62,820 bases of DNA from Chloroflexota bacterium (GTDB lineage Bacteria > Chloroflexota > Dehalococcoidia > Lucifugimonadales > UBA826): NCBI GenBank assembly GCA_003228105.1, contig QGNN01000004.1, positions 1 to 62,820 of the forward strand, read 5' to 3'. Shown here in pieces: positions 40,558 to 50,654 of the stretch. The stretch's first letter is position 1; each line of letters begins with the position of its first letter. The notes under the pieces were generated by a model. It saw only the letters and a list, made by a program, of their open reading frames with translations, had not been told where the DNA came from and ran no database searches. The position numbers were made by a program, and so were the translations under genes.

Positions 40558-41430
40558 ATGAAAGTCCATTTAGTAGACGGAACATATGAATTATTTCGAT
40601 CCCATTTTGGGCAACCTGAGAGATTAGCACCTGACGGAATGCATGTTTCAGCCATCAGAGGGTTGATAATGACCTTGATATCTTTACTACATCAACCTGA
40701 AGTTACTCACGTAGCAGTTGCCTTTGACAGTTCAATTAAGTCTTTTAGAAATGAGTTGCTACCAACTTACAAGGATGGGTCGGACACCCCTTTAGAGTTG
40801 AAAATGCAATTTCCATTAGCTGAGAGGGTAGTAAATGCGCTTGGTATAGTGTCATGGCCTATGCATGATTATGAAGCCGACGATGCATTGGCCACAGCGG
40901 CATTACTCTATTCAAAGCAGGACACAGTGCAGCAGGTAATCATTTGTTCACCCGACAAGGATTTATGTCAAATGGTTTCTGGAGATCAAATCGTATGTCT
41001 AGACAGGAAAAATAATTTTGTCCTGGACGAATCCGGTGTTCTTGAAAAATTTGGTATTTTACCGATATCAATACCCGATTATTTGGGACTGGTTGGCGAC
41101 ACTGCAGATAATATTCCTGGTATTCCAAGATGGGGCGCGAAATCTAGTTCTACTCTTCTTAACCGGTATATTCACATAGAGGACATACCAAATACTTATG
41201 AACTTTGGGATGTCTCTGTAAGGGGAGCGGCAGCTCTAAGTTTGAGCCTTGAAGATAATAGGGAGAAAGCTCGCCTATACCGGGAAATCGCTACAGTTCG
41301 TACTGATTTGGAAATTACTGAAACCCTTAAAGAGTTAGAATGGCTAGGGGCTTCAAAGAATCTTTTTCCATCTTTGTGCCGTGAATTGGGTTTGGGTAAT
41401 TTATCAAACCGGCCTCAAAAATGGCAGTAG
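40558..41430 (+). CDS. stand-alone 5'-3' exonuclease / flap endonuclease
   Basis: LVDG, YEADD, SPDKD, LVGDTADNIPGIPRWG H3TH motif. Confidence 0.9.
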   Translation: MKVHLVDGTYELFRSHFGQPERLAPDGMHVSAIRGLIMTLISLLHQPEVTHVAVAFDSSIKSFRNELLPTYKDGSDTPLELKMQFPLAERVVNALGIVSWPMHDYEADDALATAALLYSKQDTVQQVIICSPDKDLCQMVSGDQIVCLDRKNNFVLDESGVLEKFGILPISIPDYLGLVGDTADNIPGIPRWGAKSSSTLLNRYIHIEDIPNTYELWDVSVRGAAALSLSLEDNREKARLYREIATVRTDLEITETLKELEWLGASKNLFPSLCRELGLGNLSNRPQKWQ

Positions 41431-41450
41431 GATCAAGGTTAATTTACTGA

Positions 41451-42650
41451 CTAATTTTTAGACAAATATTTATTGTATAACTGGTAACCAATCAAGACTG
41501 CCGCGATTGATATATACCCGTAGGTGAATAACATGCGTTGATCAGTTTCGGTAAATGGTAGGTGTGCTAGGAACATTACTAATAAGATAACTCCTGATTT
41601 CCACCCAATAACTCGGGGCAAAACCAATATTATTCCCAGTAGAGATACAGCAGCCGTTAATAAGAATTCCACGGATTGCATATTATTCAACGGGAAGCTT
41701 AATAATTCTCCAGCAGATAGACTGAAAATCCCGACCATGCTGCCAACTAACAAAGTGAGTTGATTGACTTCAGCAGATATTAAAGTTGTTAATCCTGCGA
41801 CTGGATTTGCTCTCAGGCTAAATAGGACAGCTATTATTATTTCAGGCGATTCTGAGGCTAATGGGGCAATCCATTGTATCAAGAGGAAGTCGCTAATACC
41901 AAGATTACGGCCCGTATCGATAAGGGAATGAACGAACGGTTCTGCTGCGACGAGTATAACAAAGGCCGAATAAGCGAAGAGCCCTAACACAATCAGTCTC
42001 CTCACCACCTTAGATTGCTCTCCTATCGCTAGAGAGGGGCCCATTAATTCCGGCTCCTCTGACTCTTTGGTTGAACTTAACCAAAGATAAACCACGTACA
42101 GGGCAATCAAGGCAGCAGCAACTATCAGATGTACCTGCTGCATAAAAAATATTAAAAAAGTAACAGCAGTTGCGATGGATAGCATTAATATTTCAAGCCC
42201 CATAGTATTTGCCATGTTTAATGAGGACCTTCTCTTGATCCAGAATATTAGGATCACGGCAGACCAACCAAGCCCAATTAGTAGGCGGTTTGCGCCAGTC
42301 ACATTGGCTGCCACCCTTTCCATTTCTGGCGTTACTATGGCACTAGCAGTGTCATATGATTGGCCAGCGTCCCAAGCTAGCACAGCTTCCACAGCATACT
42401 CGGGAAGAATTGCGATCAAGGCTAGTATTGCAATGGCAAAAGATGCGGATATATCTAACTGTGCAGCCTCTGCAGCCCAAGAAATTAAGAATGCGGCTCC
42501 CACAATACCCATTCCAAAAAGGAATACGTCCAAAATTGGGTGGAAATGCAGACCCCCAAAAACCATCGTAACCGATGGAACCCCCAGGCACGCGAAACCT
42601 GCGAGTAGAATCCAGGATACTGAATGACTATTGTGATCAGTCACAATCAC
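41451..42650 (-). CDS. sodium/calcium (cation) antiporter, CaCA family
   Basis: Multiple TM segments with alpha-repeats AILPEYAV..ANVTGANR and PLASESPE. Confidence 0.82.
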   Translation of the reverse strand: MIVTDHNSHSVSWILLAGFACLGVPSVTMVFGGLHFHPILDVFLFGMGIVGAAFLISWAAEAAQLDISASFAIAILALIAILPEYAVEAVLAWDAGQSYDTASAIVTPEMERVAANVTGANRLLIGLGWSAVILIFWIKRRSSLNMANTMGLEILMLSIATAVTFLIFFMQQVHLIVAAALIALYVVYLWLSSTKESEEPELMGPSLAIGEQSKVVRRLIVLGLFAYSAFVILVAAEPFVHSLIDTGRNLGISDFLLIQWIAPLASESPEIIIAVLFSLRANPVAGLTTLISAEVNQLTLLVGSMVGIFSLSAGELLSFPLNNMQSVEFLLTAAVSLLGIILVLPRVIGWKSGVILLVMFLAHLPFTETDQRMLFTYGYISIAAVLIGYQLYNKYLSKN

Positions 42651-42882
42651 TTTGTTGCCTCCACATTATTTTATAAATCACACCTATTGTCCAAACTATG
42701 CGCCTGCTCAATGATTTCATCGTGCAACAGGGCAAAATCTAAGCATATTATATTTCCTACTGTTGATTATTCATAGTTATTCAACTAGAATTCTACGGTT
42801 GGACGGGGAGTGACTGCGGTTAGGTTCATACCCTCTTGTTTGGAAGGTTATTTTAAAGTGATGAATTAGGCACGGAAATGAC

Positions 42883-42911
42883 TTGACATCCCTTGGGGTG
42901 GTGCATACCAT
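42883..42911 (+). promoter_or_regulatory. sigma70-type promoter for the collagen-like gene
   Basis: TTGACA-17 nt-TACCAT. Confidence 0.6.
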
Positions 42912-43021
42912 AAAACTGTTCATTCACCGTTGCTAGAGCTTGCTGCTGTTTTGCTGCTTGTTCTTCCAGCGTATAAGTTTGTACTAAAATTCGTTCCTTT
43001 ATCAGATAAGAAGGGGGTCAA

Positions 43022-43873
43022 ATGGGAAAGCTAATTAGCCTTCAGGCGTTGTCAACAGCCCTGGTTTTCTCAGTATTGTTATTTGTATTATCCGCATGTG
43101 CACCAGGTGCTGCCGGTCAACCTGGCCTTCCAGGTAACCCTGGTAGTGCTGGAGTGAATGGTTCTCAGGGACCGCAAGGAGAGCCTGGCCTTCCAGGTTT
43201 GCCTGGCAACCCTGGCCAAGGTGGTGCTCCTGGTCTTCAAGGACCAGCAGGCCCGGATGGTTCTGACGCTGCGGCGCCAGGAGGCAACATAACTGTTAGT
43301 AAACAGAAGATGTCAATGTCTGAGAAATTTAGTGTTGCTGGTTCAGGGTTTCAACCAAATGAACCAGTTGTGATACAGCTTAGAATCGACTCAACTTTAT
43401 CACCAATTATTGGTGATGGAAGAGGTTCTCAAGTAACTGCTAATGGTGCAGGAGCCTTTGAAATATCTTTTGACTTTATGTCTGAAGAGGGAGCTATTAT
43501 AAGCAGAGCGGGTGGCCCTTCCTCTGTGTTCGCGCAGGGTGGAAGTGGTAGCAAAGCAAGTGCCCCTATTACAATAGTGTCAGTGTCTTCTCCAGCTGGG
43601 TCCGTATCGGCTAGCTTGGCAGCGACACCTGCAGAGGCTGGCGGTACTTCCGTTGTTTACGGCGCAGGATTTTCAGCTGGTGAAATGATTAGCATCATCG
43701 GTGTTGGTGCAGCCGGCGGAGTTGATAAGATATTGGCAGGAGGAGAAGCAAATGCTTCAGGTGCCTTCCAAATTGACATTAAGGCCACGCTGGACGCTGG
43801 TCTCTATACACTTGTTGCTATAGGTTCCTCTAATTCAGAAGCCACCGCTCCGTTATTAGTAGTTGATAAATAA
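43022..43873 (+). CDS. collagen-like lipoprotein with two repeated beta-rich C-terminal domains
   Basis: Lipobox LSAC, 18 uninterrupted G-X-Y triplets, two GxGFxxxE...ANxxGAF repeats. Confidence 0.85.
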   Translation: MGKLISLQALSTALVFSVLLFVLSACAPGAAGQPGLPGNPGSAGVNGSQGPQGEPGLPGLPGNPGQGGAPGLQGPAGPDGSDAAAPGGNITVSKQKMSMSEKFSVAGSGFQPNEPVVIQLRIDSTLSPIIGDGRGSQVTANGAGAFEISFDFMSEEGAIISRAGGPSSVFAQGGSGSKASAPITIVSVSSPAGSVSASLAATPAEAGGTSVVYGAGFSAGEMISIIGVGAAGGVDKILAGGEANASGAFQIDIKATLDAGLYTLVAIGSSNSEATAPLLVVDK

Positions 43874-43932
43874 ATAACCTCATTTCCTAACTGAATTTCA
43901 TATTTGGTTGGATAATGTAGGAGTTAGCGGAT

Positions 43933-43968
43933 AAAAGGCTCTCAAACTTAACTGTTTGGGAGCCTTTT
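43933..43968 (+). terminator. intrinsic (bidirectional-looking) terminator
   Basis: AAAAGGCTCTCAAAC-loop-GTTTGGGAGCCTTTT; a degenerate copy lies near 44333-44366. Confidence 0.75.
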
Positions 43969-44053
43969 AAATTTCACGTATATGAAATCCTTACAATCGG
44001 GGATGAATCAATTCTCTGAATTTGAATGTTAGAAGTACTTAACGAAAAGTTGG

Positions 44054-44271
44054 TTACGGCGCAGGATGTTTAGCTAGTGAAATGGTTAGCATCATCTGTG
44101 CTGGTGCAGCCGGCGGAGTTGATAATGATATTGGCTGGAGGAGAAGCAAATGCTTCAGGTGCCTTCCAAATTGACGTTAAGGCCACTCTGGACGCTGGGT
44201 CTCTGCACTTGTTGGTAAAGGTTCCTCTAATCCAGAAGCCGCCGCCCCCGTTATTACTAGCTAATAGATAA
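44054..44271 (+). pseudogene. frameshifted duplicate of the last domain of the collagen-like gene
   Basis: Retains [24 protein letters not shown] but has indels relative to copy 1 and no proper start. Confidence 0.75.
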
Positions 44272-44650
44272 GCAACCTCATTGCCTAACAGAATTTTATA
44301 TTTGGTTGGATAATGTAGGAGTTAGCGGATATAAGGCTTCCAAACTTGACTATTTGGGAGCCTTTTAAATTTCATGTATATGAAATCCTTACAATCGGAG
44401 ATGAATCAATTCTTTGAATTTGAATGTTAGAAGTTCCTAACGAAAATAGGCTCAGTAACTATTATTATAGGCTAGACTTATGTTAACAAAGTCTTGGGTG
44501 TGATAGAGAGTATTAGATATTTCAAATTATAGGACAAGTTGAGTCTGTCTTGGACACTAACAGTCGATTTGTAGGATGCTCACGATATCATGGAACAATC
44601 GGCGGTATAGTCACTGTAAAACGTGGTTATGTTTTGTTTTCTTAAGCCTA

Positions 44651-45907
44651 TTAGATTTTAAGGATCTTTATTTCCCTAAGTCTTCTACCTACTGTAGAAA
44701 TCACTTCAATCGATAGATTGTTGTAGGAAAACTTATCTCCAGGACTCGGAATTTTTCCAAGTTCATGTAAAACGAATCCTCCAATAGTGTCAAACCCTTC
44801 ACCTTCAAAAGAAGCTCCGATAGAAAGAGTGATGTCATCGATTGCTATACTAGCGTCCATGTAGAATTCATTTTTTTCTACCTCCCTTATTCCTAGTTCC
44901 CGTGTATCAAATTCGTCATGAAGTTCTCCCACGATTTCCTCGACTAAGTCTTCCACTGTAACGAGACCTGATACCCCACCGTATTCGTCTATCACTATAG
45001 CCATCTGCATTCGTTTGTCTTGAAAGTCGGTTAACAAAAACTCTAGTGTTTTTGATTCAGGTATAAACAACACTGGACGAAGGAATTTTCCCAATTCAAC
45101 ATCAACATTTGATTTCGCAGATCTTATTTGACCTAGGATGTCCATTGAGTGTGCTATACCTTCAATTTGGTCCGTTTCATTTCTGTATATTGGTATTTTG
45201 CTATGGCCTTCCCTGATCATTATGTCCACCACATCATTTATAGAGGTTGATATATCCACAGTGATCATATCTACTCTGGGAATCATAATTTCCCTCACAA
45301 CTGTTTTATCTAATTGGAAGACACCCCGTATCATTCGGACTTCATGTTCTTCGAGAGGCTCACCTTCGTCGTCCATTTGCATCGCAATATTACTGTTTTC
45401 ACTGATAGCTGATGGATTTTCCTCAACAGTACTTATTTCTATTAGACGTTCTTGAGAACGTGTGATTGGTCTCAGAGTTGTACCAATGAAGATAACTAAC
45501 CTATAGATTCGAACCGCGATTCTAGGCCCACTGTGCCGTCCAGCCACCTTTGCTATTGTTTCTAACACCCCTAGAACTATAAGGGTGGATATGGCTATGA
45601 GACTTATTCGTCCGAAATCATAGGATGTAAGTTGATTCTCAGAGGGTTGATAAAAAATGAAATAGCAATTTATCACTGCTGATGCTAGAGATATCGTTTT
45701 TATGATTGAAAATGCTGAATTTGACTGGTCAGTCTTACGGAAAAGGTCCTCTAATTTCTCTAATCCGGACCTTTCTTCACTTCGCCATATGAATATGGAT
45801 TCTCTGGTAACAGTACCAATTACATGTTGTATAAAGCTTATTAATGTGAAAAGTGTGATCGAAACTATAACGGTTAAACTTGATAAATCACTTATATCAG
45901 TGTCCAA
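44651..45907 (-). CDS. hemolysin/CNNM family protein (TM + CBS pair + CorC/HlyC)
   Basis: VREIMIPR, HSKIP, VIDEYGG..GLVTVEDLVEEIVGE, DTIGG. Confidence 0.9.
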   Translation of the reverse strand: MDTDISDLSSLTVIVSITLFTLISFIQHVIGTVTRESIFIWRSEERSGLEKLEDLFRKTDQSNSAFSIIKTISLASAVINCYFIFYQPSENQLTSYDFGRISLIAISTLIVLGVLETIAKVAGRHSGPRIAVRIYRLVIFIGTTLRPITRSQERLIEISTVEENPSAISENSNIAMQMDDEGEPLEEHEVRMIRGVFQLDKTVVREIMIPRVDMITVDISTSINDVVDIMIREGHSKIPIYRNETDQIEGIAHSMDILGQIRSAKSNVDVELGKFLRPVLFIPESKTLEFLLTDFQDKRMQMAIVIDEYGGVSGLVTVEDLVEEIVGELHDEFDTRELGIREVEKNEFYMDASIAIDDITLSIGASFEGEGFDTIGGFVLHELGKIPSPGDKFSYNNLSIEVISTVGRRLREIKILKI

Positions 45908-45919
45908 TTTGGCTTGGGT

Positions 45920-47266
45920 CTATGAAGACCTATCCTCCTTTAAAATCCGAGCTGGGGAACCGACTCCTTTTGCAAAATCAGGGATATCCTTTGTGACTAT
46001 TGATCCTGCCCCTGTGATAGATTGTTTCCCGATGGTCACTGGGGCGACCAGCTTTGTATCAGATCCAATGAAGGCGTTGTCCTTTATAGTGGTTCTACTT
46101 TTTTGTTCACCATCGTAGTTACAGGTTATAGTCCCTGCCCCTATATTAACATTGGAACCTATATCTGAGTCCCCAAGATAGCAATGGTGACCTGATTTTG
46201 TACCGCGACCTAATGTACTGTTTTTTATTTCCACGTAATTACCTATACTAACATCCTCGTTTAGGATAGACCCCTCTTTAATATGGCTATATGGCCCGAT
46301 TGATACGTTATCATGAATCATGGCGGATGCGATGGTTGAGGACCTGATTACACAAGAGGCCCCAATAGAACTATTGGTAATTTCGCAATTTGGACCTATT
46401 TCGCAATTTGAAGAAATATTGGTACTTCCTCTGATATGAGTGTTCGGAAAAATTACGGTGTCAGGGCCAACCAATACTTCCAGGTCAATGTATGTCGTAT
46501 CAGGATCTATAATTTTTACTCCAGTCTCCATTAGGCTCTCACAAGTTGCGGTTCTCAATATTTTTTCGGCTTTTGCCAAATCTGATTTATTGTTCACTCC
46601 CATTATTTCTTGATAATCCGTACTAATGGATTCAATAGTCAAGTTTATACTTTCAGCAAAAAGTATCAGATCTGTGAGGAAAAACTCCCCAGATTTGGAC
46701 GGCTTTAGAGATTCCAAAGCTGCCCATAGCCATGAAGTTTTGAAACAATAGGCCCCTGCATTGATTTCATTGATAAGTAGTTGCGCTCCATTGGCTTCGG
46801 ATTCTTCTACTACGTTAGTCACTTTCCCTTTAGCATTTCGAACTATACGGCCGAAGTCTCTAGGATCGGGGACTCTTCCGGTTAGTAAGGTAAGGTCGGC
46901 CTTCGATGATTTGTGCTGTTTCATAAGGTCGGAGAGAGTTTCTGTTTTAATCAAAGGCATATCGCCATTTATAACAAGGATATTCTCAATGTTGGACACC
47001 GTCTGCCTACATTGCAATAAAGCGTGTCCGCTTCCTATTGGGTGTTTTTGGACCGCAATAGCTATATTTTCTTCGAAAGTTTCTTTGAATGATTCATGAG
47101 AAGGTGGTACAACAGCAATGATATCGTGTATTCCAGCCTTGGTTATTGAATCCATAACTAGCGTTATCATTGGTTTTCCAGACAGCTTATGAAGCACCTT
47201 CGGTAGACTGGATTTCATCCTAGTCCCCGCCCCGGCTGCTAATATAATCGCTTTGAAGTCAGGCAT
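45920..47266 (-). CDS. glmU: bifunctional UDP-GlcNAc pyrophosphorylase / glucosamine-1-phosphate acetyltransferase
   Basis: ILAAGAGTRMKS..PKVLH, hexapeptide repeats, GAGTITCNYDG; exact start uncertain. Confidence 0.95.
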   Translation of the reverse strand: MPDFKAIILAAGAGTRMKSSLPKVLHKLSGKPMITLVMDSITKAGIHDIIAVVPPSHESFKETFEENIAIAVQKHPIGSGHALLQCRQTVSNIENILVINGDMPLIKTETLSDLMKQHKSSKADLTLLTGRVPDPRDFGRIVRNAKGKVTNVVEESEANGAQLLINEINAGAYCFKTSWLWAALESLKPSKSGEFFLTDLILFAESINLTIESISTDYQEIMGVNNKSDLAKAEKILRTATCESLMETGVKIIDPDTTYIDLEVLVGPDTVIFPNTHIRGSTNISSNCEIGPNCEITNSSIGASCVIRSSTIASAMIHDNVSIGPYSHIKEGSILNEDVSIGNYVEIKNSTLGRGTKSGHHCYLGDSDIGSNVNIGAGTITCNYDGEQKSRTTIKDNAFIGSDTKLVAPVTIGKQSITGAGSIVTKDIPDFAKGVGSPARILKEDRSS

Positions 47267-47335
47267 TATGTTCATTAAAGTCAATTTGATTAACCAGTAT
47301 TTCACCAACTGAAAAAATACATAATTATTACAAGT

Positions 47336-48088
47336 CTACTGAGCTGTAATTCCTCCATCTATGACCAATTCAGAGCCTGTCATATATGAAGATTCATCAG
47401 AGGCTAGGAATAAGACACCCATAGCGACGTCTTCTATAGTTCCTATGCGTCCCAAAGGTATCTTAGATATGGAGTTTTGTCTTCCCTCCGGAGTGGATAT
47501 ATTATCTGCGATCATATCTGTGTCTATGGGGCCAGGGTGAACAGAATTAGCTCTTATGTTATCTGAAGCATGCTGTATTGCGGTGAATTTAGTAAAAAGT
47601 CTAACCCCACCCTTTGATGCACCATAGGCTCCGCCTCCTTGGTTTCCCACTAGTCCAGCGGTAGAAGAGATGTTGATAATTGAACCACCTCCGGAATGGC
47701 GCATTTCCGGAATAGAATATTTAGTGCCCAGAAAAACCCCTTTGAGGTTCACTGCCATTATTAAGTCAAATTCCTCATTTGAGGCTTCTTCAATTGGTAT
47801 CCTACTGTATATCCCAGCATTATTTACCAGTATCGTTAAACTCTGATATTTTTCGATGGTGCTTTTGATACAATCTTTCCAACTGGTGGGAGAGGTCACA
47901 TCTAGATATATTCCGACAGCCTCACCTCCTGATCCCATTATATTTCGGGCATTTGATTGGCATGACTCTAGGTCTATATCTGCCAATACAACTTTGGCAC
48001 CTTCTTTTGCAAAAAGAGCTGCCTCAAAGGCTCCCTGCCCTTTTGCCGCTCCAGAAATTATTGCCACCTTGTTTTCCAGTCTTCCCAT
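47336..48088 (-). CDS. short-chain dehydrogenase/reductase (classical SDR)
   Basis: [27 protein letters not shown]. Confidence 0.93.
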   Translation of the reverse strand: MGRLENKVAIISGAAKGQGAFEAALFAKEGAKVVLADIDLESCQSNARNIMGSGGEAVGIYLDVTSPTSWKDCIKSTIEKYQSLTILVNNAGIYSRIPIEEASNEEFDLIMAVNLKGVFLGTKYSIPEMRHSGGGSIINISSTAGLVGNQGGGAYGASKGGVRLFTKFTAIQHASDNIRANSVHPGPIDTDMIADNISTPEGRQNSISKIPLGRIGTIEDVAMGVLFLASDESSYMTGSELVIDGGITAQ

Positions 48089-48189
48089 GATGCTATACCT
48101 CTATGGTAGATTGCTATTAGGTATTCTATCTCAGTAGGGGTCTTTATATCATCTGAATCTTGTAATTCCGGTATACTCAGCGATATCAA

Positions 48190-48218
48190 TTGACAGAACA
48201 AGTGTTCTGTTCTAAAAT
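48190..48218 (+). promoter_or_regulatory. sigma70 promoter with a LexA-type SOS box in the spacer
   Basis: TTGACA-17 nt-TAAAAT; spacer contains GAAC-AAGT-GTTC within the palindrome ACAGAACA-AG-TGTTCTGT. Confidence 0.75.
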
Positions 48219-48251
48219 GTTCTAAATTAGCTTATCCTACAAGGTACTTAT

Positions 48252-48503
48252 ATGAATCAATCGTTACAGTTGACTTTATCTCTGACCAATGAAGCCGGCC
48301 GCTATTCTACTTTTCAAAATGGCCTCAATATAGACAGTGGCCAAGAGGTTTTGTATCTTGGCAATGTTAGTGGTGGACCAATTACCGGTAGCAGGGGGAT
48401 AGTGAAAAAACTTTATGCTAATAAGGCTGTTGTAGATATGGGACAGGTAGGGACGTGGAATGTCCCATATTATTTTTTGGCTGATACAACCAAAGTTGCT
48501 TAA
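48252..48503 (+). CDS. hypothetical 83-aa protein (possibly small beta-barrel), candidate SOS gene
   Basis: AAGGT RBS, own promoter, Gly/Val-rich beta-strand pattern. Confidence 0.72.
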   Translation: MNQSLQLTLSLTNEAGRYSTFQNGLNIDSGQEVLYLGNVSGGPITGSRGIVKKLYANKAVVDMGQVGTWNVPYYFLADTTKVA

Positions 48504-49387
48504 TTAAAAAAACCTTCTTTTAGATGACTAGAAATTGTGGATGCGACCAGCATAGGTTTTTGAAGCGGCACATCATGGATGCTATGTTCTAGCCATACTG
48601 TTTCGAATTTAGCTATGTTTTTTTCTGCCTGAACTATCAAATTTTTCCGAAGTGTTTGTCTGGAAGTTTCATCATCATTCAACCTCGCTGGCATGTTGAG
48701 TACCGGGCATTTTACTGAGGAAAATAAGGAAGAAGGCCGATGATCCCAGAAAGCTTCTACCACTTTCAAGTGATTACTTCTCTTAAATCGAGGTGTTATG
48801 GTCCCGTCCGGAATTTCTTGAAAGTTTGCCATAACAATATTAATTAGATCGTTCTGAAGGGAAAGGCTATCTCGCTCCCCCCAGTCTCTTTTTGCAATTC
48901 GTTGTTTAAAAAATTCTTGCGTTAAGTTGCTGAATAAAGGAGGAGCCATATCCACAAGGGCTTTTTCCAAAGAGTTACCTGGTATGGAAGATATTTCGAT
49001 TAAACCTCCATCGACAAGACAAAGACCGCTTATCATTTCAGGGTGATGTGCTGCAAAATTCAATGCAACACTACCTCCCCATGAATGGCCAACCAACAAT
49101 GGATTATCAATTTGATTGGCTTCTAGGAAGAAATGTAAATCATTCGTGACCGTCTCGAAATCGTATCCCTGATTTGGTTTAGAAGATAATCCATGGCCTC
49201 TTTGATCTATAGCTTTCACTGAATTGGTTTCTGCTAAAAGTGGGCCAACTAGATCCCAGATTCTACAATTTGATGCTAGCCCATGAATTAATACGATATT
49301 TCTGCCTTGACCGCCCCAGTCACGGCAATTAATCGATATTGGTCCGACATTTATTAAATGCTGCTTTGGGCTTTTTTGATTATTTAT
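48500..49387 (-). CDS. alpha/beta fold hydrolase
   Basis: GHSWGG nucleophile, DQRGHG, C-terminal His. The open frame extends upstream of the track's 49219 start to include LIHGLAS; putative ATA start at 49387. Confidence 0.85.
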   Translation of the reverse strand: MNNQKSPKQHLINVGPISINCRDWGGQGRNIVLIHGLASNCRIWDLVGPLLAETNSVKAIDQRGHGLSSKPNQGYDFETVTNDLHFFLEANQIDNPLLVGHSWGGSVALNFAAHHPEMISGLCLVDGGLIEISSIPGNSLEKALVDMAPPLFSNLTQEFFKQRIAKRDWGERDSLSLQNDLINIVMANFQEIPDGTITPRFKRSNHLKVVEAFWDHRPSSLFSSVKCPVLNMPARLNDDETSRQTLRKNLIVQAEKNIAKFETVWLEHSIHDVPLQKPMLVASTISSHLKEGFFN

Positions 49388-49734
49388 TACATAACTCCCG
49401 GTATTGAACTATGCCATTGAGCATGTTCCAAAAACTCTTTGGATGTTTTGTAAATGAATTTAGATTCATTTACAATTCTAACAATAAAACCTTGTTGAAG
49501 AAGGTTAATTCTTATTTGAACATGGTCGACAGAAAACAAGTTTCTGTCTTTTATACCTTCGTGGATCTCATCTTCCGAATATTCCGCACCTTCAGCAAAA
49601 GCCAGCATTATGAAATGAAGTGCAACCAATTTTTCCTTTAGATCGGTTGGAAAATCGGGGAGCATCGCAATGTCATTTGTCCAACGATCGAAAAGCGTTC
49701 GATAGTAGTCCGGGTCTATTGATAAATGCGGCAC
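49387..49734 (-). CDS. DUF2087-like small protein
   Basis: YSEDEI...DHVQIRINLLQQGFIVR resembles the DUF2087 pattern. Confidence 0.55.
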   Translation of the reverse strand: MPHLSIDPDYYRTLFDRWTNDIAMLPDFPTDLKEKLVALHFIMLAFAEGAEYSEDEIHEGIKDRNLFSVDHVQIRINLLQQGFIVRIVNESKFIYKTSKEFLEHAQWHSSIPGVM

Positions 49735-49769
49735 TTATTGGATATCCGCCATTATGAGTCTTCTTATTC

Positions 49770-50654
49770 TTATTCTTGTTCCTGTCCACTGGACTGACTT
49801 TTTAGGAAATTTTCAATTTCCTTCACCATATCCGTTCCAGTTGGCATCTCAATTTGCGAACTTTTTGCTTCATCATATTGGTGTTCTAGGCGAGATACGT
49901 ATGAGCTGACATCAGGTTGTTTTGCGATCGCATTGGAGATTTCCTCCCTGAATGCTTGCCCAGCTAAATCTAGTTCACTCATATCTAAGTCAATGTCCAC
50001 AAGGCTTTTAAGCCGCTCGAGCAAGGCGAAACTAGTTACAGGGTTTGGAGAAGTTTGAACATAATGAGGGCAGTGGCCCCAAATATTTGCATGAGGGATA
50101 TGATTTCTCGCACATGCTTCAGCGAAAGCAGAATGGATTCCGGTGGGTCCTTGATAACCAGAATTTCTTATTCCCAGCCATCTCGCCTTTTTACTTAGTT
50201 CCTTACTACTGGCCCTGCCGGTTATTTTAACTTCCCTAGTGTGCGGCACCGTGTCTAGCAAGGCGCCTAACGATATAATTAACTCAACTCCAGATAATTT
50301 CGCTACCTCTAGGACTGTATCAGAAAAAGTTCTCCATTTAAGGTTTGGTTCGGTTCCCACATACATTAGGATCCCATTGTCTGGATTTTCTTCAGGAACG
50401 TAGCTGTAGAATTCGTTTGCAGGCCACTTTATGATCCGGTTTTTCTGTCTGTTAATACGAGTTTGGGGTCGGTTGACCGTGAAGTCATAATAATTTTCAG
50501 GATCTATCTCAGCAATCTTTTTACTTGGGAGTTTTCGTACCATGTATCTTATTGCTCTGGTGGCTGCCTCGGCAGCATCTGGCCATCCTGCGAAAGCTAC
50601 CACCATAGTAGAAAGCTTTGTGTTGGGGGTATCGTGAACGATCAAGCCGTCCAT
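49770..50654 (-). CDS. PAC2 family (proteasome assembly chaperone-like) protein
   Basis: AFAGWPDAAEAAT, YYDFTVNRP, EPNLKW, LGALL..VPHTR, YQGPTGI, PHY. Confidence 0.88.
   Translation of the reverse strand: MDGLIVHDTPNTKLSTMVVAFAGWPDAAEAATRAIRYMVRKLPSKKIAEIDPENYYDFTVNRPQTRINRQKNRIIKWPANEFYSYVPEENPDNGILMYVGTEPNLKWRTFSDTVLEVAKLSGVELIISLGALLDTVPHTREVKITGRASSKELSKKARWLGIRNSGYQGPTGIHSAFAEACARNHIPHANIWGHCPHYVQTSPNPVTSFALLERLKSLVDIDLDMSELDLAGQAFREEISNAIAKQPDVSSYVSRLEHQYDEAKSSQIEMPTGTDMVKEIENFLKSQSSGQEQE

Larger units (their letters stand above)
43657..44450 (+). repeat. 397-bp imperfect tandem duplication (43657-44053 / 44054-44450)
   Basis: Both copies begin TTACGGCGCAGGAT and include the gene 3' end, terminator and downstream DNA. 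Confidence 0.92.

Noticed and set aside
42651-42880. Structured ncRNA or riboswitch in the antiporter/collagen intergenic region
   Set aside because: I could not recognise any tRNA, SRP, tmRNA or riboswitch consensus; an Rfam search would be needed
43657-44450. Diversity-generating retroelement VR/TR pair
   Set aside because: The differences are not adenine-specific and include indels, the repeat extends through the terminator, and no reverse transcriptase is in the window
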